Of a stretch of DNA of 64,000 nucleotides, positions 18,713 to 28,300 are shown one piece after another. Origin of the DNA: Acidimicrobiia bacterium (GTDB lineage: Bacteria; Actinomycetota; Acidimicrobiia; Acidimicrobiales; SHLQ01); assembly GCA_033344795.1 (NCBI GenBank), contig JAWPMS010000001.1, positions 2,344,507 through 2,408,506 of the forward strand. The letters are read 5' to 3'. Position 1 is the stretch's first letter, and every line of letters starts with the position of its first letter. The notes under the pieces were generated by a model. That model did not search any database, was not told where the DNA came from, and worked only from the letters and a program-made list of their open reading frames with translations. A program made the translations under genes and the position numbers.

Positions 18713-21700
18713 ATGACCAACTCGGTGTACCTCTCACCACGACGCTCTCTCACACCGTCGCAGGAACTGATCTGGACATCGCAGAGGCTGCAACCGGATT
18801 CACCGCATCAGAACATGGCGCTGATCACGAGGTTCGACGCCCCCATCGACGCTGGCCGTTTCTTGCACGCGGTGGACGTCGTCGCGAGTCGCAGCGATGC
18901 GTTGCGGACGACGGTCCGCGAGGTCGATGGGGTTCCGCACCCCGCCATCGCCTCAGCCACACCGTCACCGTGCACGGTGCTGCGCCTCGACGAAGCCCGC
19001 CTCGACGACTGGCTCGCCGATCGGATCGCTCGACCGATCGACATCGCCACCGCCGCATACGAGTCCGTGCTGCTCGATCACGGATCAGACCGCTGGTCTT
19101 GGTTCGTCAACGTGCATCACATCGTCATCGATGCTGCGAGTTCCGCCAACTTCTTCAATGCGGTCGCCGATGAGTATCACGGTTCGCCTGCGGACGTTCC
19201 GAGCTACACCGACGTGTGGACCGAGATGTCCAGCCAGAGTGATACGGCCCGCTTCGAAAAGGCGCGCGATCACTGGGCGCTGAGCCGAGAGGCCACGCCC
19301 ACTTCGATGTACCGACCAGACTCGGGTCCCACCAGCACCGCCGATCGCATCACAATCGAGATGGACTCCGGACGACAAACGCAACTCGACGCGTTGCTCT
19401 CCGATCGTTTCAAACTGCTCAGCCCGGACCTGTCGCTCATGACGGCACTCGCCACCGCGCTGTCGGCCTATCTCGCACGGCTCGGAAACGAATCCATCAC
19501 GATCGGCATTCCGATTCATCACCGCAGCACGAAGGCGGCGAAGGCAGTGATTGGACCGCTGGTCGAGATGTTCCCACTTCAGGTCGAGGTTCGCGACGAC
19601 GACACGTTTGGCTCCCTGCACGATCGAGTGACCCGGAGCGTCTTCGAGCTTCTGCGATACGCCCTACCTGGCACGAGTCCGCGTCAATCGTTCGATGTCG
19701 TGCTCAATGTGCACGGGGCCACCCTTGGATCATTCGGTCCCATACCAGCCCACACGACGTGGATCCACCCAGGGCACATCGACCCGCACCATCGCCTGCG
19801 GGTCCAAGCACTCGACTACGACGGCTCCGGCACCCTGGATCTCGGTCTGGATGTGAACCACCGGATCGCCGACGCGGATCATCGCCGGCGCGCAGGGGAG
19901 CACTTCGCAACCGTGCTCGATGTAATGGTCTCCAGCCCCGACACGAAGATTCATTCCGTCGTCTTGGTCGGTGAGGGTGAGCGACTCTTGCTCGAGCCAC
20001 TCACGAACCCCTCGGCCGGAACGCCGATCGACGACGTGGCTCCAGCAGTCGTCGCCGACCGTCTGCGCGCCAACCGCGATGTGCCGACACTCGCCCATGG
20101 CAACCGGGTGCTGTCGGCCGTCGAGCTCGACGATCGAATCGAAACGGTCTCGACGACCTTGCGTCGTGCCGGAATTGGCCGAGGAGACCTGATCGGTATC
20201 GAGATGCCGATCGGCATCCCGGCGGTGATTGCGATCCACGGGGTTTTGCGTGCTGGTGCGGCCTTTGTTCCGATCGATCCGACCTATCCCGACGCACGCC
20301 GCGAGCACATCCGCACGGACTCTGGTTGCGCTCTGGTGCTGACCTCGCTCGAAGAGCTCGAAGCGCTCGAAGTGACGGACGCTCCGACCGTTGGCTCGAG
20401 CGACGTCTCTGCCGACGATCTTGCCTATGTGATCTACACGTCGGGTTCGACCGGTCTTCCAAAGGGTGTGCCGATCACGCACCGGGGCCTCTCGGAGTAT
20501 CTGGGATTCGCCCACGGTGCCTATGCGAAGCGCGAGGGTGCGTCCACACATCAGCTCTGCATGCCTCTGTTCACGTCGCTGTCCTTCGACCTGACGATCA
20601 CCACGTTGTTCTTGCCCCTTCTTGCCGGCGGCCTGATGACCGTGCACCCCGAGGGCGGACTTCCGGCTCTGCGCGAGATCGTCGATGAAGGTCGAGCGAC
20701 CATCTTGAAGGCAACACCTTCACACCTGGAGCTTCTCGTTCGGATGCTCGATGCCGAGCATCCGCTCCGAACGCTGATTGTCGGCGGCGAAGCATTCATG
20801 ACCGATCTCGCTGATCGCCTGATCGATGTCCTGGGCGAGGATGTCGCGATCTTCAACGAATACGGACCGACAGAGGCGGTCGTTGGCTGCATGGAACATC
20901 TGTATGTTCCGGCGGCAGACCCTGGCCCCGAGGTACCCATTGGTCGACCAGCGCCTGGCGTCGAACTTCACATTCTCGACCGTTTCGGCCGACCCGTTCC
21001 CCTGGGCGTCGCAGGCGAGTTGGCAATTCACCGACCTGGCATGACGCAGGGATACCTGGGTCGACCTGACTTGAACGAGGCGAAACTCGTGCACATCGAG
21101 GACTCAGGTTCGGAGTCGCTTCTCTATCGAACCGGTGACCTCGTCCGAATGCTCGATGCAGACCGCATGGTGTACCTCGGTCGAATCGATGAGCAGATCA
21201 AGGTTGGCGGGATCCGTCTCGAACCGGGCGAAATCGAACACATCGCCCTGCAACTTCCGGGCGTGCAACGAGCTGTTGCCGGACTCTGGACTCCCGACCC
21301 GAACAGCGCAGTGGAACACTGCGTTCGTTGCGGACTTGGTTCCGACGTCCCCGACGTGACCATCGATGGCGATGGAGTCTGTTCGAGCTGTCATCACTTC
21401 GATCTCGTTGCACCGCAGGCCGAGGCCTGGTTCAAGGATGAAGACGACCTCGCCCTCGCGCTCTCCGACGCTCGCAACCGATCCACCGGTGACTACGACG
21501 TCGTCCACTTGATCTCCGGTGGCAAGGACTCGACCTACGCGCTCTACAAGCTCGTCGAGATGGGTGCTCGCGTCTTCGCCATCACGTTGGACAATGGCTA
21601 CATCGCGGACGTTGCGAAGGCCAACGTTCGCCGGGCGACGAGCGCCTTGGGGGTCGACCACGAATTCGTCACCGTCGACGGCATGGACGAGATCTTCCGA

Positions 21701-24700
21701 GACAGCCTCGACCGCTTCTCCAATGTGTGCAACGGCTGTTACAAGGCGATCTACACCATTGCGTTGGCCAAAGCTGAAGAGCTGGGAATCGGAGCGATTG
21801 TGACCGGCCTGTCTCGCGGGCAGTTCTTCGAGACCCGCCTGGTGCCCGGCATGTTCGAATCCGATCGATTCGACCCCGAGGCCATCGACGAGATGGTCAA
21901 GCAAGCACGACACGTCTACCACTCCACACCCGACGCGGTGTCCGAGCACATGGATGTCGACTTTCTCGACGACGAAACGATCTTTGATCGCATCACGTTC
22001 ATCGACTTCTACCGATACGTCGACGTCGAGCTGAGCGAGCTCTATCGCGCGCTCGACAGCAGCGGCACCTGGCAGCGGCCGCCAGATTCGGGTCGCTCAA
22101 CCAATTGCCTGATCAACGCTGCCGGAATCTTCGTTCACAAAATCGAACAGGGACATCACAACTACGCCGCCCCATACAGTTGGGACGTTCGGCTTGGTCA
22201 CAAGACTCGCGACGAGGCGCTCTACGAACTCGACGACCCAATGGATGACGCAGAGCTCTCGGCGATCACCAATATGCTCGCCGAGGTTGGCTATGAACCG
22301 CGCAAGCCTGAGGTGCTCACACTTTGGGTCGAGGCGACCTCCGATCTCGACCTCGAGTTGTTGCGAGAGGATCTGACGTCGGGCCTGCCCGCGCACGCTG
22401 TTCCGCAGGCGATCGAGCTGGTGGACACGATTCCTCTCACGACCAATGGCAAGGTTGATTCATCGGCTCTCCCCGCTCCGGCCTTCCGACGCACAGGGGC
22501 TACGCCAGGCGAAGGTCGGGTGCCCGAGTCGCGAACCGAAATTCAGATCGCTTCTGTCTGGGAGACCGTTCTCGGGCTGACGGGCGTCCGAGCAACCGAC
22601 GACTTCTTCGCCCTCGGTGGCACGTCGCTCCACGCACTCGAGATGATCGTTCGTGTGAGCGACCACTTCGACCTCGTCGTTCCCGAGTCGATCGCCTTCA
22701 CCCGACGCACCATCGCTGATCTCGCGACGCACATCGACGACGCACTCGGGGCCATCACCGATGACCCAGCCGAGGCGGTTTCTGCACGTGCGGCCCTGAC
22801 CATTCCCGACGTCGAGAGCGACCGACTGCCGTTGTCGGCGGGCGAAGACGCGATGTTGTACGAGTGGAGGCGCGATCCGTCCGACACCCGCTACAACGTG
22901 GCCCGCCTTTACTCCCTCCCGGCTGACGTCGATCTCGCTCGATTCACCGAAGCGGTCCGTGTGGTGGTTGCACATCAACCGACTCTGCACACCTCGTATG
23001 GGCCCCGACGAAACACACTCTCTGTCGACGCAGCCCTGTGGGTCGGTGAGGCAAAATCTGAGGTGGCGAGGCTTTCCGAGTTGGCCGACAGCATCAACCA
23101 GATGCAATTCGACCTGATCACCGGTCGGCTGATCACACTTCACTACCTGCGAAGCGATCACCCTTCGGACAGGGGAGTCGTCGGCGCGCTGCTTCGGACG
23201 CACCACATCGTGAGCGATGCTGGTTCGCTCGACGTCCTCTGGAACCAGATCGATCAGGCATACCGGGGCGAGACGCTTGCACCCCTCGCAGTCTCGTACG
23301 CGGCGCACGGGGTCTGGCAGCGTCAGAGGTCGGCCGATCCAGAGGTGGTGTGGAGCCCGGCCGAGGCGCCCGGCGAATTGCTCATTCGAGGATCGCAGCC
23401 CGAGCCCGACGGATATGTCCATCGTGATGCACCGATATCCATGAGCCAGATGCGCAACGCGCCAGCGACCACCCCGTTCGCGAGTGCCCTCACCGCGTTG
23501 GCTGCATCGATGGCGCCGTATCACGACCGGTCAACCTTTGAGCTCACGGTGACTTCTTCGGTGCGTGACCATCCAGATCTGGCCAATGTGGTCGGATACT
23601 TCTTGAACCCGCTCCCGCTGCTCGTCGATGTTGATTCGACGAGGTCGGTTGCATCGCTGGCCGATGATGTGAGCGGACAGCTCGCCGTCGCGCTGGAACA
23701 CCGCGCGGTGCCGTTTGGCTCCATCGTGCGATCCGCGAGGACGCGGGGTCTGACGCCGCCATCCGGTCGGATCATGCTCGCGGTCGAAGATCTTGCCCCA
23801 TCAGAGCTCGACGGGGTTCCGGTCGATCACACGATCTTGTCCTCCGGAACCGCCGTCAACGACCTGACGTTCTTCGTGCAAATCCGCGAGGAGCTCGTCG
23901 AGTTGGGCGTGGAGTATCGAGGCGCAACGATCGGCCGTTCTCTCGCGACGCGTTTGCTCGACGAGTTCGCGCAGACGCTGCTGGCACTCGTCGATGACCC
24001 CTCTCGGGCCGTTGGAGACCTGGGCGTCCGACCCGCGCCTCTCCGCGGTCGAGAACTCACCTCCCCTCCAATCCAGGCGTCAACGCTCATCGACGAGTCG
24101 ATCGACGCAGTTCCCGACCGACCGGCTGTTCGCTGTGGAAACTCGATGCTCACCTACGCAGAATTGGATGAGCGGTCGCGCTCCCTGGCGGCACGCTTGC
24201 GGGCCGTGGGCGTAGGCGCCGGCGACCGGGTCGCAGTTGTGCTTCCACGCTCTACCCATCTGCCCGTAGCTATTCGGGCCAGTTGGATACTCGGCGCGAG
24301 TTACGTCCCGATCGATGTTTCGCAGCCCGCGTCGCGTGTGACCGAGCTGCTTTCGGCAGCGGACGTGGTCGCTGCTGTCACCTCAGGCGATGGCCATCGA
24401 GGTCTCACCGAAGTCACGACCGTCAACATCGATCATGGCGACAACGCGGTGCTCCCCGTGACCCGCAAACATGCGACCGAGCCCAGCGACGAGGCATATG
24501 TCATCTTCACTTCGGGCTCAACCGGCCGTCCGAAGGGTGTGCCGATCTCGCACGCGAACCTGGCGGCATCGCTTGCGGCTCGACGCGAGTGGTACGAGGA
24601 CCCCGTCGACCGGTACCTGGTGGTCTCGAGCGCTGGCTTTGATTCATCGGTAGCCGGTCTCTTCTGGGCGCTCGCTGACGGTGGTGAGATCGTCTTGCCG

Positions 24701-26692
24701 ACCGAGGATGAGGTTCACAATGTCGACGCGCTGCTGACTCTGATCGAGAAGTCCGCGCCGTCGCACACCCTGATGGTGCCTTCGCTCTACGGAGCTCTGC
24801 TCAGCCGACAGTCGGGTCCGCTACCCGCCATCACCACGGTGATCGTTGCGGGAGAAGCCTGTCCCCCTGCCTTGGTGGCCGAACACCATGCCGTCGCGCC
24901 AGGAGTGGAGTTGACAAACGAGTACGGACCCACCGAAGCCACGGTGTGGTCGACGGTTCATCGTTGTACAGCCGACGATGCGATGTTGGTACCGATCGGT
25001 CGCCCGATCCCCGGCGTCGCGGTCGAAGTCGTCGACGACCACGGACAGTCGCTCCCGTTCGATGCTGCGGGTGAATTGTGGGTTTCTGGTCCGGGCGTGG
25101 CGGACGGATATCTTGGCGAAACGCAGTCGACTGCGTTTCTCCCTGACCGGGGGACTGGTCCGATCTATCGAACCGGCGACCTGGTTGTTCGCCGGGATGA
25201 CGGTGTCCTCGAATTCCTGGGGCGGATCGATTCACAGCTCTCCGTGGGTGGCGTGCGGATCGAACCAGCCGAGGTCGAGAACGTTCTGAGTGCAATTCCC
25301 GGCGTGTCCGCGGCGATCGTCGATCTTCGTGGTCGTCAGCTCATCGGCTGGGTGGAGAGCGCCCAGCAGCTCTCGAGTGCCGACCTCGTGAAATCGGTTG
25401 CCGCGGTCCTTCCTCAGACGCACGTCCCAAAACGAATCATCGTTCTTCCCCGGCTTCCACGAACCCAGAATGGGAAGGTCGATCGCGCCGCGACCGGCGA
25501 GCTTCCCGCCGAAGCCCCTAGCGGGTCGTTGCCCGATGTCGCTTCAGACGAATCGGACGGCCTTGATCCCGTCGTTGCCTCGGTCACCGCCATCTTCATG
25601 GCAGCCTTCGATGGCGAGCCGATGACGCCCCATACCGACTTCTTCGATGCCGGCGGAGACTCGCTTCGCGCCGTCGCCCTCGTATCACTTCTCGAAGCCG
25701 AGTTCGGCCGACGGGTCGCTATTGGTGAATTGATCGATGCGCCCACACCCACGTCGCTCGCCGCGCGCCTCGACCAGGCCCCACAGGTGATCGATGGTGT
25801 GCCGGCGGCCTCCATTGCAGACGATGGCGTCGTCGGCCGCGCGCAGGTCGCCGCTCGCCCCGATGGACTGGTCGAATGGCTTCGCTCATCTGGTTCTCAG
25901 AGGCCCTTGATCGTGTTGCCTCCCGGTGGCGGAAACCTGCTGCGGTATGCGCCGCTCGTGAAGAACCTCGACGAAGACATTCCCGTCGTCGGCGTGCGTC
26001 TGCCGGGAGCTGACGCTCGCAGCGAGATCGTGGATTCCATCGCTGCCCAGGCGGTCACGATGCTCGAAGCGCTGGACAGCGCCGTCGATCACGGCCCATA
26101 CCGTTTGCTCGGCTGGTCTACAGGTGGTCTCCTTGCCTGGGAGATCGGCCGTCTGCTTCAGGAGCGAGGCGACGAAGTCGAGATCGTCGCAATGGTCGAC
26201 ACGGTGATGGCGGGCCTCAAGGTGGACGACACCGGAACGATCGCCAATAAGTACGCCGACATGTTGCGCGAGGAAGGCATCCGATCCGTTGTCGAGGAAG
26301 GAACCTCCCGTGTGCGGGAGCGTGTGTCGTTTGCTCTCGCTCGGCGGCGATATCGGTCCGCCCGTGAAGCTGGGCAGACGCCGTCGCTCGAAGATGCAGA
26401 GCGTCAACTGGGCCCGGTCATCCGTCGTGCAGCACTGAACTATCGACCGAAGTTCCTCGATCTACCGATCGTGTATTTCTCGGCGAGTGCGTCCGAGGAT
26501 GCGGTCACGGTCGATCCGTGGACCGAGGTTCAGGGGTCGGATCGTCCGCTCGATGTGGTTGTCATCGAAGGTGTGCACTTTCTCCCGGAGGACGAGTGCA
26601 TCATCGGGCGCCATCGTGTGCACGAGCTGGTCGCGGCGTTGCACGCACGCCTGCGGTCCAACGGCGGTGAAGGTCAGAGGGCTGCCGTATAA
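18713..26692 (+). CDS. non-ribosomal peptide synthetase, C-A(PP-loop insert)-T-C-A-T-TE
   Basis: 2659 aa. Landmarks: C1 HHIVID nt 19115-19132; A1 A3 core from 20426; A8 21179-21238; SGGKDS 21515-21532; A9 LPAHAVP from 22385; A10 NGK 22445-22453; T1 GGTS Ser 22625; C2 HHIVSD 23201-23218; A2 A3 core from 24497; A10 Lys 25475; T2 GGDS Ser 25661; TE GWSTG Ser 26117. Confidence 0.95.
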   Translation: MTNSVYLSPRRSLTPSQELIWTSQRLQPDSPHQNMALITRFDAPIDAGRFLHAVDVVASRSDALRTTVREVDGVPHPAIASATPSPCTVLRLDEARLDDWLADRIARPIDIATAAYESVLLDHGSDRWSWFVNVHHIVIDAASSANFFNAVADEYHGSPADVPSYTDVWTEMSSQSDTARFEKARDHWALSREATPTSMYRPDSGPTSTADRITIEMDSGRQTQLDALLSDRFKLLSPDLSLMTALATALSAYLARLGNESITIGIPIHHRSTKAAKAVIGPLVEMFPLQVEVRDDDTFGSLHDRVTRSVFELLRYALPGTSPRQSFDVVLNVHGATLGSFGPIPAHTTWIHPGHIDPHHRLRVQALDYDGSGTLDLGLDVNHRIADADHRRRAGEHFATVLDVMVSSPDTKIHSVVLVGEGERLLLEPLTNPSAGTPIDDVAPAVVADRLRANRDVPTLAHGNRVLSAVELDDRIETVSTTLRRAGIGRGDLIGIEMPIGIPAVIAIHGVLRAGAAFVPIDPTYPDARREHIRTDSGCALVLTSLEELEALEVTDAPTVGSSDVSADDLAYVIYTSGSTGLPKGVPITHRGLSEYLGFAHGAYAKREGASTHQLCMPLFTSLSFDLTITTLFLPLLAGGLMTVHPEGGLPALREIVDEGRATILKATPSHLELLVRMLDAEHPLRTLIVGGEAFMTDLADRLIDVLGEDVAIFNEYGPTEAVVGCMEHLYVPAADPGPEVPIGRPAPGVELHILDRFGRPVPLGVAGELAIHRPGMTQGYLGRPDLNEAKLVHIEDSGSESLLYRTGDLVRMLDADRMVYLGRIDEQIKVGGIRLEPGEIEHIALQLPGVQRAVAGLWTPDPNSAVEHCVRCGLGSDVPDVTIDGDGVCSSCHHFDLVAPQAEAWFKDEDDLALALSDARNRSTGDYDVVHLISGGKDSTYALYKLVEMGARVFAITLDNGYIADVAKANVRRATSALGVDHEFVTVDGMDEIFRDSLDRFSNVCNGCYKAIYTIALAKAEELGIGAIVTGLSRGQFFETRLVPGMFESDRFDPEAIDEMVKQARHVYHSTPDAVSEHMDVDFLDDETIFDRITFIDFYRYVDVELSELYRALDSSGTWQRPPDSGRSTNCLINAAGIFVHKIEQGHHNYAAPYSWDVRLGHKTRDEALYELDDPMDDAELSAITNMLAEVGYEPRKPEVLTLWVEATSDLDLELLREDLTSGLPAHAVPQAIELVDTIPLTTNGKVDSSALPAPAFRRTGATPGEGRVPESRTEIQIASVWETVLGLTGVRATDDFFALGGTSLHALEMIVRVSDHFDLVVPESIAFTRRTIADLATHIDDALGAITDDPAEAVSARAALTIPDVESDRLPLSAGEDAMLYEWRRDPSDTRYNVARLYSLPADVDLARFTEAVRVVVAHQPTLHTSYGPRRNTLSVDAALWVGEAKSEVARLSELADSINQMQFDLITGRLITLHYLRSDHPSDRGVVGALLRTHHIVSDAGSLDVLWNQIDQAYRGETLAPLAVSYAAHGVWQRQRSADPEVVWSPAEAPGELLIRGSQPEPDGYVHRDAPISMSQMRNAPATTPFASALTALAASMAPYHDRSTFELTVTSSVRDHPDLANVVGYFLNPLPLLVDVDSTRSVASLADDVSGQLAVALEHRAVPFGSIVRSARTRGLTPPSGRIMLAVEDLAPSELDGVPVDHTILSSGTAVNDLTFFVQIREELVELGVEYRGATIGRSLATRLLDEFAQTLLALVDDPSRAVGDLGVRPAPLRGRELTSPPIQASTLIDESIDAVPDRPAVRCGNSMLTYAELDERSRSLAARLRAVGVGAGDRVAVVLPRSTHLPVAIRASWILGASYVPIDVSQPASRVTELLSAADVVAAVTSGDGHRGLTEVTTVNIDHGDNAVLPVTRKHATEPSDEAYVIFTSGSTGRPKGVPISHANLAASLAARREWYEDPVDRYLVVSSAGFDSSVAGLFWALADGGEIVLPTEDEVHNVDALLTLIEKSAPSHTLMVPSLYGALLSRQSGPLPAITTVIVAGEACPPALVAEHHAVAPGVELTNEYGPTEATVWSTVHRCTADDAMLVPIGRPIPGVAVEVVDDHGQSLPFDAAGELWVSGPGVADGYLGETQSTAFLPDRGTGPIYRTGDLVVRRDDGVLEFLGRIDSQLSVGGVRIEPAEVENVLSAIPGVSAAIVDLRGRQLIGWVESAQQLSSADLVKSVAAVLPQTHVPKRIIVLPRLPRTQNGKVDRAATGELPAEAPSGSLPDVASDESDGLDPVVASVTAIFMAAFDGEPMTPHTDFFDAGGDSLRAVALVSLLEAEFGRRVAIGELIDAPTPTSLAARLDQAPQVIDGVPAASIADDGVVGRAQVAARPDGLVEWLRSSGSQRPLIVLPPGGGNLLRYAPLVKNLDEDIPVVGVRLPGADARSEIVDSIAAQAVTMLEALDSAVDHGPYRLLGWSTGGLLAWEIGRLLQERGDEVEIVAMVDTVMAGLKVDDTGTIANKYADMLREEGIRSVVEEGTSRVRERVSFALARRRYRSAREAGQTPSLEDAERQLGPVIRRAALNYRPKFLDLPIVYFSASASEDAVTVDPWTEVQGSDRPLDVVVIEGVHFLPEDECIIGRHRVHELVAALHARLRSNGGEGQRAAV
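21302..22311 (+). other. PP-loop ATP pyrophosphatase / amidotransferase-like domain inserted in adenylation domain A1 between cores A8 and A9
   Basis: CVRCGLGSDVPDVTIDGDGVCSSC zinc ribbon (from nt 21320), DVVHLISGGKDSTYAL PP-loop, VCNGCYKAIY...IVTGLSRGQFFE. A8 to A9 spacing is 382 aa, far longer than in A2 of the same protein. Boundaries approximate. Confidence 0.8.
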
Positions 26693-27636
26693 CGGCTCAC
26701 CCGGTCGACCAGTCCGCCGTATCGCTTCTCGAGCGCACCTTCCACATCATCGGGTTCCGCCACCACGGCGAATGTTTTGAGCATTCCATCGTCGATGACG
26801 TCGGCCAGTTCGGCCCAGCGATTCGACTTCGTCAGCGAGTTGAGCTCGAGTTGGGCATCTCCCCAGCCATGGAAGTCCAAGACGTCTTTGTATGCCGGTG
26901 TCGATCCATAGAAGCCGATCTGCTGTTTGATCGCAATCGCCGAAGCGGCCATCTCGTCTTCGTCGTCTCCGGTGACGACGAACGCCGGGAGTGATACCTC
27001 GACTTCATCATGGGGACGGTTCGCATCGTCCATGTACTTGCGCATCTTTGGAAGCGCCACCGACGCGAAGTGTTCCGGCGTCGTGAAGGGGTGGACCATC
27101 CATCCGCTGCACTGTTCGGCGGCCACCTTCACCATCAGTGGCCCAACAGCAGCGAGAAAGACTCGTGGCCGACCGTGACTCGCCGGACCCGGGTTGAAGA
27201 AGTCCGTCATCAGGATGTGTGTGTAGTGCTCACCTTTGAATCGGAGCGGTTCGCCGGTGTCCCAACAGTCCCAAATGGCTTCCAGGGCAGCGATGAATTC
27301 ACGCATCCTGGCCGCTGGCGCGGTCCATGGCATCGAAAATCGCTTCGTGATGTGTGGTTTGATCTGGCTCCCGAGACCGAGAATCATCCGGCCCTCCGAG
27401 AACTCGTTGAGATCACGCGCCGTGTGGGCGAGCGTCATTGGATTGCGAGCGAACGCAACGGCGATCGAGGTACCGAGATCCAGCCGCTCGGTCGATTCCG
27501 CCGCGAGGACCAACGGTAGGAATGGGTCATGCGACGTTTCCGCCGTGAAGGCCCCAGCGAATCCTCGTTCTTCGAGACTTGCGGCTTGGTCGCCCACGCG
27601 GGCGAGGTCGTTGTGCAGGGTTGCGTCCGAGAGCAT
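26674..27636 (-). CDS. LLM-class (luciferase-like) F420-dependent oxidoreductase
   Basis: 320 aa. Typical LLM pattern (ERGFAGAFTAETSHDPF, LGTSIAVAFARNP, GRMILGLGSQ). The 3' end converges on and overlaps the NRPS stop by 19 nt. Confidence 0.8.
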   Translation of the reverse strand: MLSDATLHNDLARVGDQAASLEERGFAGAFTAETSHDPFLPLVLAAESTERLDLGTSIAVAFARNPMTLAHTARDLNEFSEGRMILGLGSQIKPHITKRFSMPWTAPAARMREFIAALEAIWDCWDTGEPLRFKGEHYTHILMTDFFNPGPASHGRPRVFLAAVGPLMVKVAAEQCSGWMVHPFTTPEHFASVALPKMRKYMDDANRPHDEVEVSLPAFVVTGDDEDEMAASAIAIKQQIGFYGSTPAYKDVLDFHGWGDAQLELNSLTKSNRWAELADVIDDGMLKTFAVVAEPDDVEGALEKRYGGLVDRVSRYTAAL

Positions 27637-27675
27637 GCACCGATGTTAGATACTGCTCGCTGCTACCGTGCGACG

Positions 27676-28284
27676 ATGCATCGTCACATCTCCGTCGTTT
27701 TCGATCTGGGCAACGTCTTGATCGAGTGGGATCGACGCAACCTTTTTGCGAAGCTCATCGATGATCCAATCGAGTTGCAGGCCTTCTTGGACACCGTTTT
27801 CACCATGGAGGACAACATGGAGCTCGACCGCGGCACGCCACTGCATGATGTGGCCAGCGCCGTCGCGGCACGACATCCCGAGCAGCGAGAACTCGTGATG
27901 GCATTCGCAGATCGTTGGGTGGAGACCCTGGGGGGTGTCATCGAGGGAACGGTGGAAATTCTCGACGAGCTGAGTCTCAACGGCGTGCCCCTCTATGCGC
28001 TCAGCAACTGGGGGCGCGACACCTTTGCGATGATCGAACCCAACTACTCCTTCTTCGAGTTGTTCGACGGCATGGTGATCAGCGGCCGGGAGGGTGTGAT
28101 CAAACCCGATCCCGCGATCTTCGATCTGCTCTGCACCCGGTATGGATTCGCGCCGGAGGATGCCGTGTTCATCGACGACTCTGGAGCGAATGTCGCTGCT
28201 GCCATGTCGCTCGGGTTCGACGCGCTGCTGTTCGAACGACCCGATCGCCTGCGTCAACAGCTGGTCGAACGAAATCTTCTCTGA
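27676..28284 (+). CDS. HAD-superfamily hydrolase
   Basis: From ATG 27676: VVFDLGNVLIEW (motif I), LSNW (motif II), FIDDSGANV (motif IV). The track ORF from 27529 overlaps the LLM gene and was trimmed. Confidence 0.8.
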   Translation: MHRHISVVFDLGNVLIEWDRRNLFAKLIDDPIELQAFLDTVFTMEDNMELDRGTPLHDVASAVAARHPEQRELVMAFADRWVETLGGVIEGTVEILDELSLNGVPLYALSNWGRDTFAMIEPNYSFFELFDGMVISGREGVIKPDPAIFDLLCTRYGFAPEDAVFIDDSGANVAAAMSLGFDALLFERPDRLRQQLVERNLL

Positions 28285-28300
28285 CCTACGTCGACCGGCA

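Noticed and set aside
19730-23524. Several 280-350-aa minus-strand ORFs inside the NRPS (19730-20647, 21104-21949, 22460-23524)
   Set aside because: Antisense to a continuous 2659-aa NRPS frame with all core motifs in order. Shadow ORFs.
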